A DNA stretch of 64,000 bases from Thermofilaceae archaeon. Its GTDB lineage: Archaea > Thermoproteota > Thermoprotei > Thermofilales > Thermofilaceae. The position numbers and the translations under genes were made by a program. Of this stretch, positions 30,216 through 40,143 are shown piece after piece; positions within the stretch are counted from its first letter, which is position 1; each line of letters begins with the position of its first letter. The stretch spans positions 491,926-555,925 of the forward strand of contig JAWCCZ010000001.1 in assembly GCA_038861545.1 (NCBI GenBank), in the 5' to 3' direction. The notes below the pieces were generated by a model. The model had not been told where the DNA came from and ran no database searches. It saw only the letters and a program-made list of their open reading frames with translations.

Positions 30216-31514
30216 ATGGATTTGGCTTCTTACATGTTAACGAAGAAGGAGAGCATCCAGGGGCTAACGGTGCACGATAGGGAGTTGGACGTGAGTGAGA
30301 GTGAACACTTCATTGTAGCTGTGGTAGGTCCCAGGAGGGGTGGCAAGACCTATTTCCTTTACAATCTGCTGAGAAGGAGGGGGTTAAGCGACCACGAGTT
30401 CGTGTTTCTGAACTTTGAGGAGCCGGTAGAGGTAAGCTCTCTCGACGAGGTTCTCGCAGTTCACCAGGAGATTTACGGTGTGGAGCCCCGGTACATCTTC
30501 CTTGATGAGATACAGGCGCTTGAGGGATGGGAGAGACGGGTTTACGCACTCTTTGAAAGGAAGCGGTACCGGATCTTCGTTACTGGCTCTTCATCTAGGC
30601 TTCTAAGCCGGGAAGTTGCAACGCAGCTGAGAGGTAGGGCTTTGCCGTTCTACGTTTACCCTTTCTCACTGAGGGAGGTTTTAAGAATTTACGGGATTGA
30701 GCTCAAAAGCTACTACAGCGACTACGAGGGGGCTAGGATTCGCAGCATAGCTTCATCATGCCTGAAGAGGGGCTTCTTCCCCGACGTCGTTCTCGACCAC
30801 GTTGAGCCTTTCCGTTTCTACCGCGAGTTCGTCGATCTCATCGCTTACAGGGACATTATCGAGCGGTACAGGGTGAGGAACCTCTACGCGTTGGAACTGT
30901 TCCTGCGATCCTGCATCTCCTCGAACGCGTCGCTCTTCTCTGTCCACAGATTGTATAATACATTAAAGTCCCAGGGTGCAAAGGTCAGTAAGAAGCTCCT
31001 CTATTCTTTCCAGAGAATGGTTGAGGACTCAATGTTCGGCTTCTTTCTCCACAAATACGCTCGCAGCACCAGGATTGCTGCTCTGAGTATGCCAAAGTTC
31101 TACCTTGTAGACAATGGAGTTTACGCGTTCCATGAAGGCAAGAATCTTGGAAAGCTGCTTGAAAACGTAGTGCTCCTCGAACTAGCGAAGAGAGGCTATA
31201 CTCTCAATACAGACGTCTTCTACTGGAGGGACGAGAGAGGATATGAGGTCGACTTCATCATAGCGGAGAAAGGAGCAGTGAGGGAGCTCATCCAGGTGAG
31301 CTACGCGACCGGGGAGGATGAAGTTGAGAGAAGGGAGCTGGATGCGCTTGCACGATGCGCGAGCGCCTTTAAGTGTGATCGGCTTACAATAGTGACATGG
31401 AGCTTTGAAGGGAAGTTAGAAGCTGAAGGTAGACCTGTAATAGCTATCCCATTCTGGAAATGGTCGCTAAGCCTCCGAAGCATAACCAACGCGGTGCGCA
31501 CAAGCCGAACTTAA
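30216..31514 (+). CDS. AAA+ superfamily ATPase (AAA_14 + DUF4143); likely start at ATG 30216
   Basis: GPRRGGKT, FLDEIQ, VTGSSS, LRGR, KFYLVDNG, LENVV..EL, EVDFI; TATA-like TTTATATT at 30184. Confidence 0.9.
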   Translation: MDLASYMLTKKESIQGLTVHDRELDVSESEHFIVAVVGPRRGGKTYFLYNLLRRRGLSDHEFVFLNFEEPVEVSSLDEVLAVHQEIYGVEPRYIFLDEIQALEGWERRVYALFERKRYRIFVTGSSSRLLSREVATQLRGRALPFYVYPFSLREVLRIYGIELKSYYSDYEGARIRSIASSCLKRGFFPDVVLDHVEPFRFYREFVDLIAYRDIIERYRVRNLYALELFLRSCISSNASLFSVHRLYNTLKSQGAKVSKKLLYSFQRMVEDSMFGFFLHKYARSTRIAALSMPKFYLVDNGVYAFHEGKNLGKLLENVVLLELAKRGYTLNTDVFYWRDERGYEVDFIIAEKGAVRELIQVSYATGEDEVERRELDALARCASAFKCDRLTIVTWSFEGKLEAEGRPVIAIPFWKWSLSLRSITNAVRTSRT

Positions 31515-31643
31515 ACGCATTCAAGGGGAGCCGTATGATCAGCTCTATACGAGAGAAACGCATTTTGTAGGTAGCAGCTTCAGCTTAATTGGAGAAAAGA
31601 TTTTAAAGCTGTAACCGTCATGCAGTGAGCCCGCGATGTGAGG

Positions 31644-32003
31644 TTAAGCTGCACGTCTACTGACAACGTTGTCCGCCGGCCTCCTTGCATCACTCACTTC
31701 CTGCAGAATCTTGCCGAGCCGTTCAGCCAGTTTCTCATACTCTCTGATGCCGAGTTCGGTGAGCTCCGCCTTCAGCTCCAGGATTCGGGGGCCACTCCCG
31801 AGCCCCCTCCAGAGACGTATGTATCCTCTTTCATGAAGCCGGCGTATATTGTTGTCCAAATCCCCCCAAGAGATCTCGAGGGCCCGCCTCAATTCCCTCA
31901 AACTCAATGGGCCGAGCGCGTAGAGGAGACTCACTATTGCGAATCTCTTCGGGTTTAACAAATCCACGTCAACCTCCTTCAATAGCTCAGCGAGCTCCTC
32001 CAT
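31644..32003 (-). CDS. Winged-helix transcriptional regulator (MarR/ArsR-like)
   Basis: NPKRFAI...LSLRELRRALEISWGDL..NI..L...GYI...ELTELG. Confidence 0.82.
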   Translation of the reverse strand: MEELAELLKEVDVDLLNPKRFAIVSLLYALGPLSLRELRRALEISWGDLDNNIRRLHERGYIRLWRGLGSGPRILELKAELTELGIREYEKLAERLGKILQEVSDARRPADNVVSRRAA

Positions 32004-32004
32004 C

Positions 32005-32646
32005 CTAACTCCCGAGTAGCTTCCTAGCTCCGCGGAGAGCTACTAACGCGGCAATAGAGTAGCTGAGGAGGACAAGCGATAGGGCGAGCATCCAACCCGC
32101 CGTGAGCGAAGCCACTGTTACAGCCAATACGAGGGGGGTTGTTACCAGCATGATTGATGATGAGAGGAGGAAAGGTCTCACCAAGATATTGCCCTGCCGG
32201 TACTCCTCCTTCTCTATGAACAGGTGCTCAAGAAGCAATGAGATCGCGAGAGCGGGGTACCACACGACGATATAGAAAGGTGAAGTCCATGGCAGGGCGT
32301 ATAGAACGATGAATGGCGTGGCGAAAATCAATCCAAAGAACTTCCCCCTTGTTCTCCATACAGGGGAGGTGGCTCTAGGGGAGGCGGCAGCCACGATGTA
32401 ACCAACTAGAATTATGAGCAGAATCAGTGCAAGCATGGTGGCTATCCAGAACATACTCGTGTTCCAAGCGTTAAGCAGCACGGCTAGGGACACTACAACC
32501 AGCCAGTATGCGGTTATAAATGAGCCGTAGAAGAGGAATGCATAAGCTGCTTGAACTGTGAGGAAGTACTTCCTCATTCTCTGAGCTAAATCCGCAAGAG
32601 CGATCGCCCTGCCCAAGTCAAGTTGTTCCTCACTCATGCTACTCAC
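32005..32646 (-). CDS. Membrane protein (about 6 TM)
   Basis: Hydrophobic segments; operon with ABC genes and regulator. Confidence 0.7.
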   Translation of the reverse strand: MSSMSEEQLDLGRAIALADLAQRMRKYFLTVQAAYAFLFYGSFITAYWLVVVSLAVLLNAWNTSMFWIATMLALILLIILVGYIVAAASPRATSPVWRTRGKFFGLIFATPFIVLYALPWTSPFYIVVWYPALAISLLLEHLFIEKEEYRQGNILVRPFLLSSSIMLVTTPLVLAVTVASLTAGWMLALSLVLLSYSIAALVALRGARKLLGS

Positions 32647-32667
32647 CTTTTGCGAGCCAGCCCGTGC

Positions 32668-33510
32668 TCACGCTTCTTCCCTCGGCATCCCGGTAACCTT
32701 CCTCATGAGCAGGAAGGATGCCACAGCAAGTAGGAGTATCCAGGCTAAAGTTGACGCAATAGCCAGTGTAGGCTCGATCTCTGTCCCCGAGCTTGGATTG
32801 CGCCAGGGCTGGTGGAAGATCCATCCGCCGGCAAGTGGCTTGGTGCCAGTTGCGGAGCTGACTATGAGGGGGGCTAGCGGGGCTACGGGCAGCAGATAAG
32901 CTATGTTGCCCGGATCCAGCCAGAGGGTTGCGTAAACGCCGAAGCCTAGCATCAGGGGAAGCATCCCCATGAGCTGGGATCGGGGCTTTCTCAGCACTAA
33001 AAGCATCTCGCTGAGTAGGTAGCTCAGCCAGTACCAGAGCGCACCAGCGAGAAGCATGTACCCGATCATCTCAACCAGCTTATCCGGTAGAACTAGAATG
33101 CCGAACCTCGCGTACGTAAGGCCCACCACAGCTACAATTGTGGCCGAAGTGTACGCAAGGATTGCCGCGAGTCCGGCGAGGAAATCTTCTATCAGGTACC
33201 TTGCAGGCGTTAGGCGCGTGAAGCGGGCTGCGAACGCTACGGCGTAAGAGGAGAAGAGCTTGTATTGAGTCAAGCCTATTGCAACTGAGGCCATCGAGAG
33301 CACGCCGAGGTAGGTGTAGGCGAGCGCAGCGTTAACCTTTAGGGCCTGCTCGAGGATCTCTCGGGGCGGAGGCAGCGGCTCCACACGCGTGAAAACGTAG
33401 ATCCATAGGACAGCCCAGAACAACATGAACCCGATCCCCCAGAACAGCCCGCTTCGATCAGTGGCAAGACTCTTCAACAGGTATTTCAAGTAGCGCGTCA
33501 TCTTAACCAC
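32668..33510 (-). CDS. ABC exporter permease
   Basis: About 6 TM helices, LFWGIGFM; overlaps the ABC ATPase. Confidence 0.72.
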   Translation of the reverse strand: MVKMTRYLKYLLKSLATDRSGLFWGIGFMLFWAVLWIYVFTRVEPLPPPREILEQALKVNAALAYTYLGVLSMASVAIGLTQYKLFSSYAVAFAARFTRLTPARYLIEDFLAGLAAILAYTSATIVAVVGLTYARFGILVLPDKLVEMIGYMLLAGALWYWLSYLLSEMLLVLRKPRSQLMGMLPLMLGFGVYATLWLDPGNIAYLLPVAPLAPLIVSSATGTKPLAGGWIFHQPWRNPSSGTEIEPTLAIASTLAWILLLAVASFLLMRKVTGMPREEA

Positions 33511-34294
33511 TCCTCACAACGATATCGTAAAGCCTGTCTAGAGTAAGTAGGCTCGACACTGGCTCCCCAGCTCCTTCCTCCACAAAACTCAATTCCGTCT
33601 CTTCTAGTGACACGCGGAGCAGGGGGCTTTCAACCTTTCCCTTCACGATCCTAGCTGAGGCCAGCTTGCCGGCCGGTGCGGGACCGAAGATTCTACCGTC
33701 AACCATGATATGGGCTTGCCAATCGCGGAGCGTGTTAAGGATCCACGTCTCATGCGTATTCAGAACCAGTGTACCTCTGTAGCTATCTAGGATCTTCGCC
33801 AAGCGCGCCTTCTTAGCCGGGTCGAGCTGCTCGAACGGCTCGTCCAACAGAACGTTCTTGGCGCCGCTTGCCAGCGCGAGTACTGTGCAGAAGGCTTTCA
33901 ACGTGCCGGCCGACAGCTCCCACAACTTCCTACTCTCAATATCTACCATTGGGACGCCGAGCTCCAACAGCAACCGTTTAGCTAGTTTGAGATCCACGTC
34001 CATGATGTCCGAGAATAGTAAAGCAACTTCCCAAGCTCTTACGGGAACTAAGCTATACACCTCAGCTAGATTAGTGGCCAGCAATCCTAATCCGTTCTGA
34101 AGCCTTGCAAGCAGAACTCCATCAATTATAATCTCACCCCTGAATGGCACTAGACCAGCAATGGCTTTGAACAGTGTAGTCTTCCCGCTACCATTAGGGC
34201 CGAGCACGATGTGCTTGTTCGAGAAGACAGTTGAAGCATTATTTACAACCGATTTATTGCCCAGAGTCACATGCAAATCCTTTAACTCTATCAT
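33503..34294 (-). CDS. ABC transporter ATP-binding protein
   Basis: GPNGSGKTT, LSAG, LLDEPFEQLD, TH. Confidence 0.92.
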   Translation of the reverse strand: MIELKDLHVTLGNKSVVNNASTVFSNKHIVLGPNGSGKTTLFKAIAGLVPFRGEIIIDGVLLARLQNGLGLLATNLAEVYSLVPVRAWEVALLFSDIMDVDLKLAKRLLLELGVPMVDIESRKLWELSAGTLKAFCTVLALASGAKNVLLDEPFEQLDPAKKARLAKILDSYRGTLVLNTHETWILNTLRDWQAHIMVDGRIFGPAPAGKLASARIVKGKVESPLLRVSLEETELSFVEEGAGEPVSSLLTLDRLYDIVVRSG

Positions 34295-35048
34295 AGTAAT
34301 TCCAGTGCACAGTAAGGTTATAAATTCCGCTTATTTTCTTAAAACGAGAGTAAATTACTGTACAACCATTGCACAGCTTAGGTGTTTTAATCCATTTAAT
34401 TTTCACCCTTAATAGCATCACACGCTGTAATGAGCGTAACCCAAGAAGGATTATTCGGTTACTCCTCCTTTATCCTTTCCTTCGCGTGCCAGGTCTCATC
34501 CCCTGTAGCGCTCGCGTCCCCCCAATAGCGTGTGCGGCGAATGGGGAAGTATTATTGATCTTCAGGGCAGGAGCATCAACGATATCTTTGTGCAAGCTAC
34601 AGCCGTGTTCGCCGCTACCGATGAGGTTTCAAGTCGGGGGACAACAAGCAATCGTGGAACCACCTCGGCCCAGTGAACAAGACTGTGCGAGCCGTAGAGT
34701 CTAGGGGTGCTTAAATCTACGCGGGGCACATTCTCAGGCCTCCTCATGTTCCATCATAAACCTCACTCCACTGGGATGAGCCTTACAGTGAAGCCCACCT
34801 GGATACCCAGCGTCGCAGCACCTGGAGCGAGTTTTCTCGTCAAGTTGACGAGCTTGGAAGAAGGAGTGCCGGGCAAGAGCCTTAAGGTACTTTTCAACGG
34901 TGTGGAAATCTACCTCTGCTACACAGGGGCGCACGACAGATACGAGTGTACAGTAGAGTGGCCTGCTACAAGTGCGAGAACTGTCAACCTGACGGTGCTG
35001 TATCCGGCGACCGCTATCCATTTTTGTAACATTATTCTACGTCCCCGC

Positions 35049-38000
35049 GTGAGCGCGCGTATCACTCAACAGGAGTTGGAAAGAAGGTTTTTCGAACTGC
35101 TGGCAGCTACCATACAGGACTTTAAGCCGGTTAGTGAATGGATTAAGGGGGGCGAGCAGCTTAAGCTGCCTTACTTAGCTGAAGCTTACCCAGACGAGAC
35201 GTTGTGTTTCGAGAACCAGTTTAGGCTACCGGCTATGGAAGGAACCAAGTGGTTGCTCAGGCTCGATATTACCGGGAACGGGCTTCTCTTAGTTGATGGT
35301 GAGCCGTACCAAGGAGTAGATGAGCAGCACAGGATTGCGGTGCTAGAACCCGGAGAGAGGAGCGTGGCTTTAGAAGCCACCCCGCGCCGACTTTTCGGTG
35401 AAAGTCCCTGGTTCTTCGCGTTTACTGGCTCTAACCTTGCTGCTGTTCACTGGGAGGGCTTTAACACCGCTTTAGCGTTGTGGGACACTGCTATCCTAGC
35501 GAGGCGCCGACAAGAGCTAAGGCAAACTTTGGCTAAAGCCGCAGTAGAGGTTGAGCTAACCCCCAGCGTTGTGCAGGTCTATGCCCTTCAGCGTACTCTT
35601 TACGGGTATTTAATGCAAGAGGGGTCACCGGAGTACGGGTCGATGAGGGGGGATTTAGCGTATATAGCTAATGTTTACGGGGAAAGGGTGGTTCGAGGCG
35701 CGCTGGAGGATACACCTAAACCCAGTATCAGCGAACTACTTGAAACTCTCAATAGGGTTAAAGCAGCCCTACCTGAAGGATTCCCCGTTGGTAAAGTTTA
35801 CCTTTTCGGGCACGCTCACATAGATACCGCTTGGCTTTGGCCGTTCAGCGAAACTAAGAGGAAGGTCGTCAGAACGTTCACCACGGTGGCTAGGCTGGCG
35901 AAGATGGGGTATAGCTTCACCTATGTTCAGAGCGGAGCACAGAACTACAAGTGGCTGGAGGAGCAAAACCCGAAACTCTTCGACGAAATCCGAGGGCTTG
36001 TTAAGAGCGGGCATTGGTTACCGATAGGCGGCATGTGGGTGGAGTCGGATACGCAACTCGTAACCGGCGAATCGCTGGCCCGCCAGTTCCTTTATGGGCA
36101 GCAATACTTTAAGGAGAAATTCGGTTTAAAAAGCCGTATCGGATGGTTACCGGACAGCTTCGGGTTCTCCGCTCAACTACCCCAGCTGATGAAGAAGTCC
36201 GGTATCGAGGTTTTCGTTACACATAAGGTTATGTGGTATGATACTAACGAGTTCCCGTACCACGCTTTCGTTTGGGAGGGCTTAGACGGCAGCGAAGTTA
36301 TAGCTCATATAATCGTCTCCACCTATAATGGTGCTTTAACAGCAACCGAGCTTGCAGGGCTATGGGATAGGTATAAGCAGAAAGATGTGGCACCAGCCGT
36401 GCACGCGTATGGTTTCGGCGACGGTGGCGGAGGGCCTACATTCCTTATGCTGGAAAGGTTAAAACACTTGAAAAAGCTGCCGGGGTTGCCTGAGCCGGTT
36501 GAAGCCCCTAAAGAGAATGAGTACGTTGCAGACTTACTTAACCTGAAACCGAAGCTGCCACGCTGGAAAAGCGAAATCTACAACGAGTTTCACAGGGGTG
36601 TCTACACAACTAACATAAAAGTAAAATCCCTTATGGCTGAAGCTGAGCGGGAAGCTGTATGGGCGGAAGCGGCCAGTGCAATAGCCGACTTCCTAGGGCT
36701 TATACACTACCCGCGGGAAGCGCTGAAAACTGCTTGGGAGCGCGTACTTAGATGCCAGTTCCATGATGTTCTCCCCGGCTCATCCAACTATGAAGCTTAC
36801 GAGGAAGCCTATAGGGATTTAGAGGAGGCGATACGCGAGTTCTTAAAAGCCTCGTCAACAGCGCTAAAATCCATTGCAGATCACGTTAACGCGCCGAAAA
36901 GCAGCTTAATCGTCTTTAACAGTTTGCCATGGCTCAGGACAGTTGTTATAGAGGTTCCGAATGAAGGGTACTCCTACCCCGACGGCAGACCGGTTAAAAT
37001 TCAGAAGACAGGAGGTAAAATTCTAGCAGAGGTCGAGGTTCCATCAATGGGTTACATAGCTCTCGCACCGAGTAAGGGTATTGCAGCCGAGGAAGGTGTA
37101 AAAGCTTACATGGAGGGGGATTGCCTAGTACTTGAGAATGACGCGCTCCGCCTGAAGGTGACTAATAATGGATCCTTGGTCTCCATATATGATAAACAGC
37201 TTCAAGTGGAATTGCTAAGAGGGCCGAGTAACCTACTGAAAGCGCATGTCGATAAACCCGGTAACTTCGATGCATGGGATGTTGACCGCTCAACAGTAGA
37301 GTTGCCCGGTCGCAGCTTAGAAATAGTGGAGAAACCTAGAATCACCGCAGAAGGCCCGCTAATAGCATCGGTTGAGTATGCATTAAAGTTCAAGAATTCA
37401 ATCATCAAGCAGAGGATCACCCTTTACAGGAGTTCAAGGCTAATTGAATTCCATACAGAGGTTGATTGGAGAGATAAATGCTACCTGCTGAAAGCGTGGT
37501 TCAACTTTAATATTAAATCCGGAACCGCTCACTTCGAAGTTCCCTTCGGCGTAGTGGAGAGGGCTACTACGCCGAAGGATAAGTGGGATGAGGCAAAGTA
37601 CGAGGTACCAGCGTTAAGGTGGATGGATATTTCAGACGGAGTGAAAGGTGTAAGCGTAATTGCCCCAACGAGGCACGGCTACAGTATTAGAGGAGCCGAA
37701 GTGGGTTTAAGCCTGCTTAAATCGCCGATACACCCTAATCCCTGGTCCGACCTCGGCCGGTACACGATCACATACTACCTATATCCACACCCTGGCGATT
37801 ATCGCACTGGAAGGGTTTACGAAAAAGCATACGAGATTTGGAGCGACGTGAAAACCGTGGTTAAAGAAAGGGATAGCGGCAATCTCCCATCTAAGGCCAG
37901 CTTCATGGAGGGGCAACCTGGGATACTCGTGGAATCTCTGAAGATGAGTGAAAATGGTGAAGGCTTAATCATTAGAATGTACGAGATTGAGGGAAGGGAA

Positions 38001-38168
38001 AGGAGTACTCTGCTAAGATTCCCCGAACCCCTCGAAGTATACGAGACAAATATACTCGAGGAGGACCCGAAACCCGTACCGAAGCCGTCTAGAGCTAGAA
38101 TGCCCCTTACATTTATTACATTTAAGCCTTTTGAAATAAAAACCCTTCTACTTAAACGTCAGCAGTAA
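35049..38168 (+). CDS. GH38 alpha-mannosidase (likely GTG start at 35049; the frame is open from 34707)
   Basis: GHAHIDTAWLWP, GGMWVESD, ESLARQFLYGQ, WLPDSFG, GDGGGGP, HRGVYT, QFHDVLPGS. Confidence 0.92.
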   Translation: MSARITQQELERRFFELLAATIQDFKPVSEWIKGGEQLKLPYLAEAYPDETLCFENQFRLPAMEGTKWLLRLDITGNGLLLVDGEPYQGVDEQHRIAVLEPGERSVALEATPRRLFGESPWFFAFTGSNLAAVHWEGFNTALALWDTAILARRRQELRQTLAKAAVEVELTPSVVQVYALQRTLYGYLMQEGSPEYGSMRGDLAYIANVYGERVVRGALEDTPKPSISELLETLNRVKAALPEGFPVGKVYLFGHAHIDTAWLWPFSETKRKVVRTFTTVARLAKMGYSFTYVQSGAQNYKWLEEQNPKLFDEIRGLVKSGHWLPIGGMWVESDTQLVTGESLARQFLYGQQYFKEKFGLKSRIGWLPDSFGFSAQLPQLMKKSGIEVFVTHKVMWYDTNEFPYHAFVWEGLDGSEVIAHIIVSTYNGALTATELAGLWDRYKQKDVAPAVHAYGFGDGGGGPTFLMLERLKHLKKLPGLPEPVEAPKENEYVADLLNLKPKLPRWKSEIYNEFHRGVYTTNIKVKSLMAEAEREAVWAEAASAIADFLGLIHYPREALKTAWERVLRCQFHDVLPGSSNYEAYEEAYRDLEEAIREFLKASSTALKSIADHVNAPKSSLIVFNSLPWLRTVVIEVPNEGYSYPDGRPVKIQKTGGKILAEVEVPSMGYIALAPSKGIAAEEGVKAYMEGDCLVLENDALRLKVTNNGSLVSIYDKQLQVELLRGPSNLLKAHVDKPGNFDAWDVDRSTVELPGRSLEIVEKPRITAEGPLIASVEYALKFKNSIIKQRITLYRSSRLIEFHTEVDWRDKCYLLKAWFNFNIKSGTAHFEVPFGVVERATTPKDKWDEAKYEVPALRWMDISDGVKGVSVIAPTRHGYSIRGAEVGLSLLKSPIHPNPWSDLGRYTITYYLYPHPGDYRTGRVYEKAYEIWSDVKTVVKERDSGNLPSKASFMEGQPGILVESLKMSENGEGLIIRMYEIEGRERSTLLRFPEPLEVYETNILEEDPKPVPKPSRARMPLTFITFKPFEIKTLLLKRQQ

Positions 38169-38191
38169 CTTAATCTTCCAGCTTTTTTCTA

Positions 38192-38746
38192 TCAACTTCT
38201 CCCATACCTGCCCATGGTCTCTGCAACTGCTAGGACATGCCCTTTCGCTGCTCTAAGCACATCGCTAAGCCTAGCCCCCTCGCTTAAATTCAATTTAGTG
38301 TCTAGAGCAAACAGTACAAAAAAGTACCTATGAGTTGAACCAGGGGGTGGGCAAGGGCCACCATAACCCTTACGGCCGAAATGGTTTAATCCATTTACAC
38401 CTACTCCAGGTTGGTACTCAGTAACTGAGCCTGGTATGTCATAAACAACCCAGTGGATAAACGTGCCTCCAGGGGCATCAGGATCGTACATTAACAACAC
38501 ATAGGTTACTGTCCCCTCCGGTTGCCCCCTCCATCTCAAAGTAGGCGGTTCGTTCGAGCTGTCGCATGTAAAAGTAGCAGGAATAGGTTCACCGTATCGG
38601 AAATCCGGGCTCTCAAGTTCAAAATTAGTTTTCGCCTCGGCTTTCAGATCGTCGATAAAAACTTCTTTCTCGGCCGTGAAAAAGGCGAGGAACACAGCTA
38701 AAACTATAATTGCTATAAAGGTTATGAGTAGCAGATATTTCCGCAT
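38192..38746 (-). CDS. YbhB/YbcL (PEBP/RKIP-like) protein with N-terminal TM/signal
   Basis: DPDAPGGTFIHWV, YGGPCPPPG..HRYFF..FALD. Confidence 0.93.
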   Translation of the reverse strand: MRKYLLLITFIAIIVLAVFLAFFTAEKEVFIDDLKAEAKTNFELESPDFRYGEPIPATFTCDSSNEPPTLRWRGQPEGTVTYVLLMYDPDAPGGTFIHWVVYDIPGSVTEYQPGVGVNGLNHFGRKGYGGPCPPPGSTHRYFFVLFALDTKLNLSEGARLSDVLRAAKGHVLAVAETMGRYGRS

Positions 38747-38931
38747 AGTATGAATGCTGCACTATCGCTTATGAATCTTACCCAGCGAGAGCCGACAGTT
38801 TTCATCACCTAAGCTCGAAAACCATGCGTCTTCAAACGTTAATCTAGAAGCCTAGCGATCCAAAACTATACTCATTAGATGTTAATTGATAAGAGAAAAA
38901 GTTAAAAAAGGCCAAACTGCCAAAAGGCTGG

Positions 38932-39031
38932 GGGCCCGTAGCTCAGCTCGGTTAGAGCACCCGGCTCATAACTACAGACATTTTAGTTAGAAACCGGGGG
39001 GTCCCGGGTTCAAATCCCGGCGGGCCCACCA
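38932..39031 (+). tRNA. tRNA with CAU anticodon, probably tRNA-Ile2; 22-nt intron at 37/38 (38971-38992); encoded CCA
   Basis: Acceptor GGGCCCG/CGGGCCC-A-CCA, anticodon arm CCCGG-CTCATA|A-CCGGG, T loop TTCAAAT; a GGGCCC acceptor is typical of archaeal Ile rather than Met tRNAs. Confidence 0.88.
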
Positions 39032-39148
39032 CTTAGGTTTTAAGTATTCCCCGAGTTTTCTAGGTCTCTCCAATTTATCGTGATAAGATTACCTCATACT
39101 TGGGTTTACACTAATTGAGTCGCCGGGGATTTAAATGCACAGTATAGT

Positions 39149-39985
39149 TTACTCGCAGAGTAGCTTTGGCAGTTTTTCTCCTAGCAGAACCTCCAGATTC
39201 AGAGTTCTCCTTGGATTCCTAGCTATCACGAGGCCCGAATAAGGTCTCCTAGTCGCTATGAAGTCTACATTATTGAAGAAGACCCACGTGAATGCCGCCG
39301 AAGCGGCTAAATCCCAGAAGTATACCTTCATTTCCTCCCTTTCTCTGGTTACGAGATCAAAGGCTAGGCGTGTTACGTAGCCCGATTTAAAGTCCTTACC
39401 CTTATGTATAGTTAGGACTACTCTCTCTTTCTCGACTAACTCAGGGAGTACCTCCTTATACCCAACTAGGTGTGTAGTATAAACCCTGTCCGTTTCCTCG
39501 TACACAAACAATCCATCGCTTACTAGGAGTCGCGATACGCTTGATAACACCTTTATCCAATCCCAGGGGCTGAAGTGAGGCGTGGTAAAGCCCCATAGGA
39601 GCGCTACATTAAACTCTGCGCCGAGATCAGCTCCTATTATATCGCATTCTACAATGTTAGGCATGAAACCTAGCTCTCTGGAGCAGAAGTCGACAGCCTT
39701 ATCGAGGGCTTCACGGCGGAGGTCGAGTAGGGTTAAAGTAACCTCAACACCTATATTTCTTAAAACCTTAGCCAGAGCGATGCCTCCGATACCAGTACCG
39801 CTGCACACGTCAATTACCTTAAGCATTCTCCTTTTATTGAGAAACTCTTTAAACCACTCATGTTTAACTACTGTTTCAAGCTCGGAAACGGAGGTTTGAT
39901 ATCTTCGAAGCCCCTCGGCTGTTGAGGGATCCTCAGGCCAAGGGAATACCCTGTACAGTCTATTCAGGTACTCATGCTTAGACAT
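39149..39985 (-). CDS. Class I SAM-dependent methyltransferase
   Basis: VIDVCSGTGIGG, LLDLR. Confidence 0.85.
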   Translation of the reverse strand: MSKHEYLNRLYRVFPWPEDPSTAEGLRRYQTSVSELETVVKHEWFKEFLNKRRMLKVIDVCSGTGIGGIALAKVLRNIGVEVTLTLLDLRREALDKAVDFCSRELGFMPNIVECDIIGADLGAEFNVALLWGFTTPHFSPWDWIKVLSSVSRLLVSDGLFVYEETDRVYTTHLVGYKEVLPELVEKERVVLTIHKGKDFKSGYVTRLAFDLVTREREEMKVYFWDLAASAAFTWVFFNNVDFIATRRPYSGLVIARNPRRTLNLEVLLGEKLPKLLCE

Positions 39986-40143
39986 AAAGCCACCGGCTCC
40001 TTACTCAATAACTTTGAAGTGCTGTTCTATTATATTTTTAGCTGAGAGCGTACGGCGCTGTTCAAAGGTTAAAACCGCGAGATTATGATAAGCGAGCCGC
40101 CCAAGACTCCAGTATGCCAGTTTAATGCTTCACAGCTAATTCG

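Noticed and set aside
39032-40100. Integrated element at the tRNA 3' end
   Set aside because: No integrase and no duplicated tRNA 3' fragment noticed in the window
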